In this document: piece by piece, positions 54,731 to 64,000 of the stretch
Position numbering within the stretch: the first letter of the stretch is position 1
Layout: every line of letters starts with the position of its first letter
IMG/VR virus record: IMGVR_UViG_3300028416_000485
Direction: 5' to 3' (one strand)
Length of the DNA: 64,000 nucleotides
Source: a virus
Program-made: the position numbers and the translations under genes
The notes under the pieces: model-generated
What the model saw: only the letters and a program-made list of their open reading frames with translations
Told to the model about the DNA's origin: nothing
The model's database searches: none

Positions 54731-56225
54731 AGTCGTTCATTAGAGTTCGATCTGTATGAACAGGGCGTTCGTCCATATGCACGTCTTGACTTTCTGTATC
54801 AACTGCTTCAGTTTTATCAGGTGCTGTTTCTATTGGGTTCCAGTTTTCGTGTCCATTCCAAGGCTCGTGTTGCGGAACACGTTGCGGAAACTTTGCTTTA
54901 ACTGCATCTGCGGCTGCTTCTGCTGCTGGCCCATTAAGATTGATATCGCCTCCAGAGATTGTTGTATTTGCTGCTCCGATAGAAAAGTTTCCTCCGGCAG
55001 TGTTTTTAAATGCGCCGCCACTTTTGATGTTCATTTCTGCGCCGGCTGAGATATTTCCATTGGCACCAACTTTTATTTCCATATTTCCAGCAGCACTTTG
55101 ATGTATACTTCCATTTACAATCATATTAATGTTTCTACCAGCTTCAAAGTTAATATCTCTATCAGCAACAAAGTTAAAATCTGTTTCAGTGTGAAAACTA
55201 ATACTATCTTTAGCATAAACATCAAGTTTGCCGTTGCTTGTCATTTCTATCCAAGCGGTTCCTCTGCTATTATTAATATATATTAGATCTTCGCTGGTGT
55301 TAATCATTATTTGCGCACCAGTGCGTGTTCTAAAGCGTATCATTTCGTTTGCAGGTCTAGTCACATCGCCGCCGGCTTCACTAGATTCTTTGTTTAGGTA
55401 TTTGTAGGGAGTATCTTCAGGCGAACCTTCTCTTATAAGTTTATCATCGCCGTCATCAATGACAAAGCTACTACTGCCTAAGCGACTTACATGTACTGTT
55501 GCTTGGCTTTCTTTTATACCTATTCTTCCTTGCGGTGAACCTCCACGCTTGTCGACAGGGCCTGGACTACTTAATCCAACCACTGCACTTGGAAATTCAC
55601 GTTGCGCACTACTAGTTGTTATTCCTCTGATATCATCTTCAACTAATCCTTGCTCTTTTAGAGACGCAATAAAATCTTCGTTGATAGGTCTTTTGTATTT
55701 TACAGGATTATTAGTTTGTATTTTTGTTATTTTTTTATTATATTCTCCAGCTGGTAGTTTTTTACCTTTTAGTTCTGTTGGAACTGGGCCGCTAGTTTGT
55801 TCAGTACTAGGTTGTCCACCAGGTAACATAAATGTCATACCTCTTTCAGGTACACATCCAAACCAATACCCAAAATCTCTACTTCCTTCAACAAATGTAC
55901 ACAACACCAATGTTCCAGGATCTGGAGGAATAGCCCAAAACCCATAACTTTTTTGTGTGTTTGAATATGTGTCGTTTTTTCCTAAATGCTGCGCTCCTGT
56001 AACTCCATAAAATGGACTTGCATAGTAGACTATTGAAGTTTGTCCTAATGTTTCGCCTGCTGTGCCTGCTTCGCTTATTTTTAGAAGCTCAACTTCTAAT
56101 GCTCCAAGATATAAAGGATCAGCATGTTTGATAACTCTAGCCAAATAAGTGCCTGGTGTTGAATCATTTTGACCACTATCAACTGATCTTGTTTGTTCTG
56201 CTTTTATTGGTCCGTTGTTTTGCAT
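54726..56225 (-). CDS. gp5: Baseplate hub/central spike, gp5/VgrG-like
   Basis: OB-fold motifs ARV...DP...G.L.V and PPDPGT.V...F.EG; beta-helix repeats ending in INLNG. Confidence 0.75.
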   Translation of the reverse strand: MQNNGPIKAEQTRSVDSGQNDSTPGTYLARVIKHADPLYLGALEVELLKISEAGTAGETLGQTSIVYYASPFYGVTGAQHLGKNDTYSNTQKSYGFWAIPPDPGTLVLCTFVEGSRDFGYWFGCVPERGMTFMLPGGQPSTEQTSGPVPTELKGKKLPAGEYNKKITKIQTNNPVKYKRPINEDFIASLKEQGLVEDDIRGITTSSAQREFPSAVVGLSSPGPVDKRGGSPQGRIGIKESQATVHVSRLGSSSFVIDDGDDKLIREGSPEDTPYKYLNKESSEAGGDVTRPANEMIRFRTRTGAQIMINTSEDLIYINNSRGTAWIEMTSNGKLDVYAKDSISFHTETDFNFVADRDINFEAGRNINMIVNGSIHQSAAGNMEIKVGANGNISAGAEMNIKSGGAFKNTAGGNFSIGAANTTISGGDINLNGPAAEAAADAVKAKFPQRVPQHEPWNGHENWNPIETAPDKTEAVDTESQDVHMDERPVHTDRTLMNDL

Positions 56226-58571
56226 TTAACTATTAAATCCTGTGTTTACTTGACTTGCTCTATTAGCATCTTTTACTTTATTTGCTTGATCTGAAGTTCC
56301 TGATGTATTTGTATCTTCGGGTTGTCCTCGTCTTCTTAGTAGTGTAAGCTCTTGTGTAAACATATTTCGTTGAATTTTGTTTTCAATAGCAGTTACTCTA
56401 TATAATCCATTAAACTGAGATACAGGAACTGTATCTTCTGGATAAATCATTCCTCCAGTATCTGGATTGTAATCTATTGGAGTTCTAAAGTTTAATATAA
56501 CATCAACTTCACTACGTTGATAATCAACTTGTCCTCCAGCAGTAGTGTTTAAATCGCCAGCTTCGTCGGTCCAGTTACCCATACCACTGTCAACTATAAA
56601 ATAAGGATCTCCAAATATTTCAAGTTTAACTTCAACTAAGTCAACACTACCGTTTCCTAGTATTTGATCGTGAAATTTACGTGCCCATCTTATTTTACTA
56701 TTATCAATACCAGCTCCGCCGCCACCTTGGGTGCTACTAGAGTTTACAAATCCTTGTGTAGCTAACCCAGTTGAGCTATTTGCTCCCGAAGGTTGAATAT
56801 TTAATCCTAACTGAGAAGGCTTTGTCTGAGTAAGATTAAACTGTGTTCCTCCAGTTTTTGCATCAATACTTAGTTGTCCACTATCGGGTTGTATAAACTG
56901 AAAAAATGCTGCTTTGAAGCTTATATCAAACCTAACAATATCAGTATTTTCTCCACTGTAAATGTAATTGTACTCTTTTTTTGCATTTTGTCTTAGGCTG
57001 TTGTAGTCTACACCTGCTGCTCCAGCGTTTTGAAAGTGACTACTATGTACTTTATACTCTACAACTTTGTAATGATTTACTTTTGCATCTTCTCCAAACA
57101 CATTTTCTTGTTGTGCATTTGGTTTTAGGTAACTTTCTGCATCTATTCTAAACCACGGAACCATTCCGTTTTCATCAGGCGCTCTTTCTTTTATAGATTT
57201 GCCCCAATCGCTTGTTAATATTACATCTTCAATTATTTTTAGTATCGATGTTCCAGAACCATAGTTGAAAACTCTTTCATCATTACTGACAGTATTCTTA
57301 GCACGAGTCATAACTTTATTTCTCTTGTCATAAACTTGCCCTGTTTGAGGCATTGGCACTGTTCCGCTTTCTTCTGCTCCTGAAATAATTCTTGCAGAGC
57401 CAAGATTATTTAAACTAGCAGGATCCTGTGCTATTGATGATAACTTTTCTCCGATACTACTTTTTGTTAATACCTGGCCTGTAATCATACTCAAGAATGC
57501 TTCAAAGTTTTGCGGTGCTTGCGCTCCTAAAAATCCACTAATGTTTTCAAAAAGTCCTTGTATGTTTCCTGATTTAAAATTTGATAATAACCCTCCAAGA
57601 CTTTTATCAAGTCCGCCTGCTATTCCTCCTAATACATCATTAAAACTATCTTTTAAACTGTTGCCGCCAAGTACTCCGCCTACAACGCCTCCTACAACAC
57701 CAGCTGCTACTGCACCAAATATTTTTCCGCCTTTGCCGCCACCGCCTCCGCCGCCTCCGCCGCTGCGAGACGCAGTAGTAGCGCCTGCATCGCTTGTATT
57801 CGGTATTCTTGAAGGATTACCAGAAGACGCAATATCTTTTGGAAATGTAATAACTATTTCTGATGCTTCTGCTATTTGATTTGCTTTTCGAAGTTCTTCA
57901 TAATGTCCATTAATAATAGTTGTTAAACTTTGTTCGCCACTTTGTAGTAGTTTTTCAACAGTATTGCCTGTTAGTGCTATATCAACTGGACTTGATGTTG
58001 CATCATCAAGATATGCTTGTTCATTCCATGGCAATGCTTCAACTGTATATGTTGTACCACCTTGGTTTACTTCAAACTCTATGTTTGTTAGTTTAATAGG
58101 AACATCTCTACGAAGATTTAATCCTGATTCTGTAACAATAACATCTCCATCGTCGTCATATCCAATAAACTCCATTGATAACATAAATGGAGCGTTAGCA
58201 TAGTTCTGAAATCCACTCATAGTTGCAGCTATTTGACAAGTTTGTAAGAATAATCCCATACTATATGGTTCTTCAACTGTAAAAGTTATAAATGTAGCGT
58301 TTGTACTACGTGATTTTGAGTTTGGAACACATAATGCTTCGATATTAACATTATCAATAAAATATTCTAGCTTGCCGCCAATAATATCTTCGTATTCAGT
58401 TGTGACTTTGTTGTCGCCGGCGCCGCCGCCGCTTCTAAGAATAACATTTTGAGGACCGTATGCTCTATAGGTTTCATTAGGTACAGCAATCTCATCTCTT
58501 GTCAAACAAGACATTGTAAATATAGTATTGAAACTAGAAAACTGATGTAGACTGTTTGTTTCTATAGACAT
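56226..58571 (-). CDS. Putative baseplate hub/tail protein (gp27-like position)
   Basis: Between gp53-like and gp5 genes; C-terminal LEIFGDPY..F.GLYRV..IE......FTQEL typical of hub proteins. Confidence 0.55.
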   Translation of the reverse strand: MSIETNSLHQFSSFNTIFTMSCLTRDEIAVPNETYRAYGPQNVILRSGGGAGDNKVTTEYEDIIGGKLEYFIDNVNIEALCVPNSKSRSTNATFITFTVEEPYSMGLFLQTCQIAATMSGFQNYANAPFMLSMEFIGYDDDGDVIVTESGLNLRRDVPIKLTNIEFEVNQGGTTYTVEALPWNEQAYLDDATSSPVDIALTGNTVEKLLQSGEQSLTTIINGHYEELRKANQIAEASEIVITFPKDIASSGNPSRIPNTSDAGATTASRSGGGGGGGGGKGGKIFGAVAAGVVGGVVGGVLGGNSLKDSFNDVLGGIAGGLDKSLGGLLSNFKSGNIQGLFENISGFLGAQAPQNFEAFLSMITGQVLTKSSIGEKLSSIAQDPASLNNLGSARIISGAEESGTVPMPQTGQVYDKRNKVMTRAKNTVSNDERVFNYGSGTSILKIIEDVILTSDWGKSIKERAPDENGMVPWFRIDAESYLKPNAQQENVFGEDAKVNHYKVVEYKVHSSHFQNAGAAGVDYNSLRQNAKKEYNYIYSGENTDIVRFDISFKAAFFQFIQPDSGQLSIDAKTGGTQFNLTQTKPSQLGLNIQPSGANSSTGLATQGFVNSSSTQGGGGAGIDNSKIRWARKFHDQILGNGSVDLVEVKLEIFGDPYFIVDSGMGNWTDEAGDLNTTAGGQVDYQRSEVDVILNFRTPIDYNPDTGGMIYPEDTVPVSQFNGLYRVTAIENKIQRNMFTQELTLLRRRGQPEDTNTSGTSDQANKVKDANRASQVNTGFNS

Positions 58572-58873
58572 TAGATTCCTAACTCTGTTTTTAACTTAGA
58601 TTTTTTAGGTAAAAATATTTTAGTGCCTGCTTCAAAGTCAAACACAGGATCTTTTATTATATCCATGTTTCTTTGAGCAAAAACCCACCATAACTTTGGC
58701 GTATTATACAAATCGTATGCTAGTAAATCAGGACGATGCGAATATTGAGGTTCAATAGTATAAAGAATATCATCATCTTCTGCTGGCACGGGTCTAATAG
58801 AGAAAATACCTAACTCTCCAGTACTTGTAAGTTTTGTGTTTCCATAAGGACTAGTTTTTCCGTAGTTTGCCAT
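58571..58873 (-). CDS. gp53: Baseplate wedge gp53-like (LysM-type) protein
   Basis: Y.I...Y..RPDLLAYDLY....LWWVF..RN..I.DP..G.KI.LP. Confidence 0.75.
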   Translation of the reverse strand: MANYGKTSPYGNTKLTSTGELGIFSIRPVPAEDDDILYTIEPQYSHRPDLLAYDLYNTPKLWWVFAQRNMDIIKDPVFDFEAGTKIFLPKKSKLKTELGI

Positions 58874-59661
58874 TAGATAAATCCTTTATTTGCTATATTA
58901 CCATTAATAAACTGATCCATATTAAAACTTGACACTTTGCTTCTGCTGTATGTTGGTTTTAATGTTAAACTTAATGAACTCATTGTCGGAACCATTTGAT
59001 ATGTTGATGAATATTCTCCAAATGATCCTGTGTTTACTTTAATATAATCAATTTCATCAGCTAAATCAAATGTAAACTGTGTAACCACAGTAGGAACATT
59101 ATTTAAAACATAATCTCCATATCCACTTAGTTTTACAACAGGCGGAGGAGATCCTTTTTCGCTACTTTCGCCATAAAACATCTTAGTTAAACTTCTAAAC
59201 AGATGAACACAAGCAACCCAATACATTCCGTCTTGTTCAGACTGCACTGGAAATCTTCCAACGATGCTTATATCTTCATGCCTACTATTAACATACTGAG
59301 GAAAAGGATAATTACTATGTGTAGGAGACATTTCATCGTAGTTTGCTACTGTTACAAGACTTATTGTTGGCGTAACTGGAAAAACAGCATACCAATCTGT
59401 TTGTGCTAAAGGAGCTAGTATAGGACTGTATCTATAAGTAGATAATGTAGGAACTTTTATTTTAACTCGCCAATCTGGAACTGAATCGTTGGTTGGAGCA
59501 AAACGTGCAGTTGTTGCTGAACCTCTATCCGGCTCAGCACCTGGTGGTAATAATCTCGATCGTATTGATTTTCCAACACTCGATCTGTTTGCAAAGAATG
59601 TGTTGTTAATATTTCTAGTACCAACTGTGTTTGGTACTGATTGATTTGGTTTTCTTGCCAT
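58873..59661 (-). CDS. Putative tail tube initiator/baseplate protein (gp48/gp54-like)
   Basis: FP.TP.I, GSPPPVVKLSGYG..VLNNVP.VV..F motif; first gene of the baseplate operon. Confidence 0.5.
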   Translation of the reverse strand: MARKPNQSVPNTVGTRNINNTFFANRSSVGKSIRSRLLPPGAEPDRGSATTARFAPTNDSVPDWRVKIKVPTLSTYRYSPILAPLAQTDWYAVFPVTPTISLVTVANYDEMSPTHSNYPFPQYVNSRHEDISIVGRFPVQSEQDGMYWVACVHLFRSLTKMFYGESSEKGSPPPVVKLSGYGDYVLNNVPTVVTQFTFDLADEIDYIKVNTGSFGEYSSTYQMVPTMSSLSLTLKPTYSRSKVSSFNMDQFINGNIANKGFI

Positions 59662-59678
59662 TGTAAACTCCTACATAC

Positions 59679-59684
59679 TATTTA
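59679..59684 (-). promoter_or_regulatory. Late promoter motif TAAATA for the baseplate operon
   Basis: CTAAATAG upstream of SD AGGAG and ATG 59661. Confidence 0.6.
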
Positions 59685-59685
59685 G

Positions 59686-59714
59686 TTGACAAAATAAACT
59701 ATGTATATTATAAT
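59686..59714 (+). promoter_or_regulatory. Perfect sigma70 consensus promoter for the late sigma gene
   Basis: TTGACA-N17-TATAAT; SD AAGGAG at 59721..59726. Confidence 0.85.
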
Positions 59715-59733
59715 ATAATAAAGGAGTCGATAA

Positions 59734-60564
59734 ATGGCTAGAAAAGTAAACTATCTCAACAACAAAGACATGTTATTAGAGATACACCGAAGTAAGGCTA
59801 CGTTTTGTAGTTATATTGCACCCGAACATGCTGATTATGATATTATTTTACCTAGTGTAGATAAAATTAACATTAGAACTATTGCAGAAGCAAAGAGAAA
59901 TAAAGCAAAACTGCAAGGATCTCGTGCATACGAAGCAGCAAAAGCAGCTGGTAAAAAGGTAAAGATGGCAGAGTTTGCTGTGGACTATAGAAAGATTGAA
60001 AAAAACGAACTAATCTTCCGTATTATGACATTTGATCATGTTCCAGACGAACCTGGACGTAAGAAGAATCCTAAAACAGTTGCAGATCACAAAACTAAAC
60101 TAAACTTTCCTCCATTTCAACATTATAAGTTTGATGACGAAGACAATATTATTTGTGTAGGTAAAAGTCACTGGGAAGGTGGAATGGAAAATGGTTATTT
60201 CAACAAAGGGCACGGCATGGCAACCAACAAACTTGCTATGATGTGGTTAAAACTTGTTGATCGGTACGCTACAAGAGGCAATGTGCGTGGATACACCTAT
60301 AACGACGAGATGAAAGGTCAAGCAATCCTCCAACTATCGCAGATTGGACTACAGTTTGACGAATCAAAGTCAAATAATCCCTTTGCATACTACACTGCTG
60401 TGGTTACTAACTCGTTTGTACGTGTAATCAACATCGAAAAACGTGCGCAGAACATACGTGATGACATTTTAGAAATGAATGACATGAATCCTTCACACAC
60501 TAGACTGCACAGCGGCGAATGGGAAGCTGCTGTGAAGCGCGAAGAAGGTGCTACCAAAAAATAA
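59734..60564 (+). CDS. gp55: Late transcription sigma factor, gp55-like
   Basis: NYLNNKDML, GYTYNDEM, FDESKSNNPFAYYT; synteny with gp47/gp46 as in T4-like phages. Confidence 0.85.
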   Translation: MARKVNYLNNKDMLLEIHRSKATFCSYIAPEHADYDIILPSVDKINIRTIAEAKRNKAKLQGSRAYEAAKAAGKKVKMAEFAVDYRKIEKNELIFRIMTFDHVPDEPGRKKNPKTVADHKTKLNFPPFQHYKFDDEDNIICVGKSHWEGGMENGYFNKGHGMATNKLAMMWLKLVDRYATRGNVRGYTYNDEMKGQAILQLSQIGLQFDESKSNNPFAYYTAVVTNSFVRVINIEKRAQNIRDDILEMNDMNPSHTRLHSGEWEAAVKREEGATKK

Positions 60565-60567
60565 AGG

Positions 60568-60596
60568 TTGATCTTCTAGAAATTTTAGTTTATAAT
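60568..60596 (+). promoter_or_regulatory. Sigma70-type promoter for gp47/gp46
   Basis: TTGATC-N17-TATAAT. Confidence 0.65.
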
Positions 60597-60618
60597 ATAC
60601 AGGAAATGGAGAATATTC

Positions 60619-61632
60619 TTGTTTAACAAAGCGGCAGTGTTTACTGACATACACTTAGGTATGAAAGGCAACTCTCGAGTTCACAATCAGGACTGCGAGG
60701 ACTATATTGACTGGTATATCGAACAAGCTAAGGCTCACGGATGTGAAACTGGCTTGTTTTGTGGCGACTGGCACCATAATAGAAACAGTCTTAACCTTAC
60801 AACTATGGATACAACTATTAGACTACTAGAAAAACTAGGTGCTGCCTTTGAAAACTTTTATATGTTTGCTGGTAACCACGACTTGTACTACAAAGACAAG
60901 CGTGATATCAGTTCAACTGAGTTTGCAAGACACATACCGGGCATTACCGTAATAGATCAAATGATGGTCCAAGACGATGTTGCACTGGTTCCGTGGTTAG
61001 TTGGCGACGAGTGGAAGAAGATCGAAAAGTTAAAAGCAAAATACTTGTTTGGTCACTTCGAACTCCCATCGTTTTATATGAACGCTATGGTACAGATGCC
61101 AGACCACGGAGAACTAAAAGCTGAACACTTCAAGAATCAAGAGTATGTGTTCAGTGGACACTTCCACAAGCGTCAGAAACAAGGAAAGGTACATTACATT
61201 GGTAATGCTTTTCCACACAACTACGCAGATGCGTGGGACGATGCACGTGGTATGATGATACTGGACAAAGAAAATGATGTAGAACCATTGTACATCGACT
61301 GGACAGAGTGTCCTAAGTACCGTACAGTCAAGCTATCAAAGCTGATCGACGAGAAAGATACTCTTATCAAGCCAAACATGTATCTCAGGGTTACACTTGA
61401 CATTGATATCAGCTACGAAGAAGCAACTTTTATCAAAGAAACCTTTATGGAAACATATAGTTGCAGAGAAATAACACTTATTCCAAACAAAAACATCGAA
61501 GATATTACAACCGACCTTGACATTGAACAGTTTGAGAGTGTGGATCAGATTGTAAGCAACGAGATACAAGCAATCGACAGTGAACAGTTTAACAAAAAAC
61601 TATTATTAGACATATATAACGAGCTAACATGA
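60619..61632 (+). CDS. gp47: Recombination endonuclease subunit (Mre11/SbcD-like)
   Basis: Metallophosphoesterase motifs DIH, GDWHH, GNHD, GHF, GHFH. Confidence 0.92.
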   Translation: MFNKAAVFTDIHLGMKGNSRVHNQDCEDYIDWYIEQAKAHGCETGLFCGDWHHNRNSLNLTTMDTTIRLLEKLGAAFENFYMFAGNHDLYYKDKRDISSTEFARHIPGITVIDQMMVQDDVALVPWLVGDEWKKIEKLKAKYLFGHFELPSFYMNAMVQMPDHGELKAEHFKNQEYVFSGHFHKRQKQGKVHYIGNAFPHNYADAWDDARGMMILDKENDVEPLYIDWTECPKYRTVKLSKLIDEKDTLIKPNMYLRVTLDIDISYEEATFIKETFMETYSCREITLIPNKNIEDITTDLDIEQFESVDQIVSNEIQAIDSEQFNKKLLLDIYNELT

Positions 61633-63407
61633 TTAAGATACAAGACTTAACCGTAAAAAACTTTATGAGTGTGGGTAATGTTACCCAGGCTGTTGACTTT
61701 AACAAAGAACAACTAACACTTGTACTAGGAGAGAACTTAGACCAAGGCGGAGATGACACTGGATCACGTAATGGTACAGGTAAGACTACTATCATTAATG
61801 CATTAAGCTATGCATTGTATGGTACAGCTCTTACAAACATCAAACGCAACAACTTGATCAACAAAACTAACAGTAAAGGCATGCTAGTCACTCTTAACTT
61901 TAGTATAGGTGCTAACCAATACCGTATTGAGCGTGGTAGATCTCCAAATGTACTCAAGTTTTACGTAAACAATCACGAGCAGAAGGACGATTTACACGAC
62001 GAATCACAAGGTGATAGCCGTAAAACACAAGAAGATATTAATAGTTTGCTTGATATGACTCACGACATGTTTAAACACGTGGTTGCACTCAATACTTACA
62101 CAGAACCTTTCCTAAGTATGCGAGCAAACGATCAACGTGCTATTATTGAGCAGTTGTTGGGCATTACCATACTTACTGAGAAGGCAGATAACTTAAAAGA
62201 AAAAGTAAAACAAACAAAAGATGCCATTACAGAAGAAACATTAAAGATTAATGCCATTGAAGCTGCAAATAAAAAGATTGAACAGAGTATTGAAACACTT
62301 GCAGGCAGACAACGTGCTTGGCAAAGCAAAAGTAGGCAAGACCAAGGAAAACTAGCAACAGGCATCGAAGAATTAGAAAAACTAGACATTGAAGCTGAAC
62401 TTGATGCGCATGAAAAACTAGCTAACTGGACTGAACACAACAATAAAATAACCTCTTTAAGGAAGGAGTTAAGCACACTCGAACCTGCACTACGGCGTGC
62501 CACTACTAGTGTTGAAAAGGTTAATAAAGACATCTTAGAATTAAAAGATGCAACATGTTATACCTGTGGACAAGAGCTACATGCAGACAAAAAAGCCGAG
62601 ATTGAATCACGAAAAGTGCAAGAACTTGACGATGCAGTTGCATATCAAGGCGAAGTTTCAAGTAAACTGAGCACAACTATGCAGTTATTAGAAGAAATAG
62701 GCGATATCAACGGCAAGCCTACTACTTTTTACGAAAATGCAAAAGAAGCATACGAACATCGTAACAATGTAGACAATTTACGCAATACTTTGATAAGTAA
62801 ACAGCAAGAAGAAGATCCTTATCAAACACAGATTGACGATTTAACAGAAACAGCACTACAAGTTATTGACTGGGAACCAGTTAATCAACTTACATTACTC
62901 AAAGAACACCAAGAGTTTTTGCTAAAACTGTTAACAAACAAAGACTCGTTCATTCGTAAAAAGATTATAGATCAAAACTTAGCGTACTTGAACAACAGGC
63001 TCACATACTATCTTGATAAACTAGGCTTACCACATCAAGTTCAGTTTCAAAATGATTTATCTACTGAGATTACTCAGTTAGGACAGGATTTAGACTTTGA
63101 TAACTTGAGCAGAGGCGAACGTAACAGGCTAATACTAGGCATGAGCTGGGCATTTAGAGATGTTTGGGAGTCGTTGTACCAAGGTATCAACCTATTGTTT
63201 ATTGACGAGCTCATTGATAGCGGTATGGATACTGCTGGTGTTGAATCAGCACTTGCTGTACTGAAGAAAATGGGCAGAGAACGTAGTAAAAATGTTTTTT
63301 TAATCTCACACAAAGACGAATTGATAGGTAGAGTTAACCATGTTATGAAAGTTATCAAAGAAAACGGCTTTACTAGTTACGAAAATGATATTGATATTAT
63401 AGACTAA
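61629..63407 (+). CDS. gp46: Recombination ATPase subunit (Rad50/SbcC-like)
   Basis: Walker A NGTGKT, coiled coil with zinc hook CYTC, signature LSRGE, Walker B FIDE, ISH. Confidence 0.93.
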   Translation: MIKIQDLTVKNFMSVGNVTQAVDFNKEQLTLVLGENLDQGGDDTGSRNGTGKTTIINALSYALYGTALTNIKRNNLINKTNSKGMLVTLNFSIGANQYRIERGRSPNVLKFYVNNHEQKDDLHDESQGDSRKTQEDINSLLDMTHDMFKHVVALNTYTEPFLSMRANDQRAIIEQLLGITILTEKADNLKEKVKQTKDAITEETLKINAIEAANKKIEQSIETLAGRQRAWQSKSRQDQGKLATGIEELEKLDIEAELDAHEKLANWTEHNNKITSLRKELSTLEPALRRATTSVEKVNKDILELKDATCYTCGQELHADKKAEIESRKVQELDDAVAYQGEVSSKLSTTMQLLEEIGDINGKPTTFYENAKEAYEHRNNVDNLRNTLISKQQEEDPYQTQIDDLTETALQVIDWEPVNQLTLLKEHQEFLLKLLTNKDSFIRKKIIDQNLAYLNNRLTYYLDKLGLPHQVQFQNDLSTEITQLGQDLDFDNLSRGERNRLILGMSWAFRDVWESLYQGINLLFIDELIDSGMDTAGVESALAVLKKMGRERSKNVFLISHKDELIGRVNHVMKVIKENGFTSYENDIDIID

Positions 63408-63616
63408 TGAACGATACTCACGACCAGATAATGCAAGCCGTATTAAGTTACTTGAAGGCTAGTGAAACATTCGAAAGAAGACCAAGCGAAAGTACAAAAC
63501 GTACTGCTCGAAGAGAACTAAGATTGCTGATCGGTTTAGCAAAGCAAAGACAAGACGAAATCATAAACAAATATGAAAGTCATATGATTGATTTACGTAG
63601 TAGGAGAGATAAATGA
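63407..63616 (+). CDS. Small hypothetical protein
   Basis: 69-aa ORF coupled on both sides (TAATG and ATGA overlaps). Confidence 0.65.
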   Translation: MNDTHDQIMQAVLSYLKASETFERRPSESTKRTARRELRLLIGLAKQRQDEIINKYESHMIDLRSRRDK

Positions 63617-64000
63617 AAATAACTGTTGTAGGAAGTGGAACTGCTGGTAGTTTAACAAGTGCCTTCATAGCAAAAGAGTTTCCTAATGCAACAGTTGAAA
63701 TGATACACAGTGAAAAAGTTGGTATCATAGGTGTTGGTGAGAGTATTACACCACATTTACCCGGAATGCTTGGCGGACTAGGTGTAGATGAAAAACGTTT
63801 TATGCGTGAAACAGATGCTGTGTTTAAATACGGCAACAGCATGGAAGACTGGACAGATACCGCAGACGGTCCTGATGTATTGAGAATGTTTTACTGGAGT
63901 AACGGATTAGAAAAAGAAAATACTTGGGAAAATGTTACAAGCACTTTCCCAAATGAAATAAAAACAACTGATGTTTGGTTAGATGTATTCAAGAATGGAA
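63613..64000 (+). CDS. Flavin-dependent halogenase (tryptophan halogenase family), 5' part
   Basis: Not in ORF track. MKITVVGSGTAG (FAD GxGxxG), IGVGES, DAVFKYG (position of the PrnA catalytic Lys); SD AGGAGA; open to the window end. Confidence 0.85.
   Translation, partial: MKITVVGSGTAGSLTSAFIAKEFPNATVEMIHSEKVGIIGVGESITPHLPGMLGGLGVDEKRFMRETDAVFKYGNSMEDWTDTADGPDVLRMFYWSNGLEKENTWENVTSTFPNEIKTTDVWLDVFKNG

Noticed and set aside
57725-57765. GCC-rich tract as a phase-variable simple repeat
   Set aside because: Imperfect triplets encoding poly-Gly with mixed codons; slippage would stay in frame.
863-63842. Many 60-184 aa ORFs antisense to, or nested in, long genes (e.g. 20271..20825, 55459..55947, 63561..63842)
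   Set aside because: They are shadows of motif-bearing genes, with no recognisable motifs. 63561..63842 is the antisense of the halogenase gene.
1-64000. Stop-codon reassignment, introns or inteins
   Set aside because: The standard code gives near-complete coding density with coupled genes ending in TAA, TGA and TAG; no split genes or intein motifs noticed.
1-64000. tRNA, rRNA, CRISPR arrays, transposases or integrases
   Set aside because: Intergenic gaps are at most about 70 nt and are occupied by promoter and SD motifs; no such features recognised by eye.

Overview
AT-rich, densely coding segment of a large T4-like (myovirus-type) bacteriophage genome. The right part (27.6-63.4 kb) is a morphogenesis and replication block: fibre paralogues, a 4540-aa baseplate/structural protein, gp6-, gp25-, gp5-, hub-, gp53- and gp48/54-like baseplate genes on the minus strand, then gp55-like late sigma factor, gp47 and gp46 on the plus strand, and the start of a flavin-dependent (tryptophan-halogenase-like) gene missed by the ORF track. 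The left part (1-27.6 kb) is an unusual enzyme island directly downstream of the fibre genes. It has 12 complete radical SAM genes plus one cut by the window edge, all complete ones with extra Cys clusters of SPASM/Twitch type, in three architectures. They are interleaved with four glycosyltransferase-like genes, two QueC-like PP-loop ATPases, two SGNH-like proteins, an SDR and a repeat-containing methyltransferase. An opposite-strand block (fibre-like gene, small membrane protein, adenylate-forming enzyme, GNAT-like protein) interrupts it. Near-consensus sigma70 promoters and TAA(A/G)TA late-promoter motifs can be read directly from the DNA and suggest both early and late expression of the island. 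My best hypothesis (inference, not shown) is a phage-encoded glycan synthesis and radical-tailoring system that decorates virion proteins or the host surface. All product calls rest on motifs recognised by eye; no database search was run.
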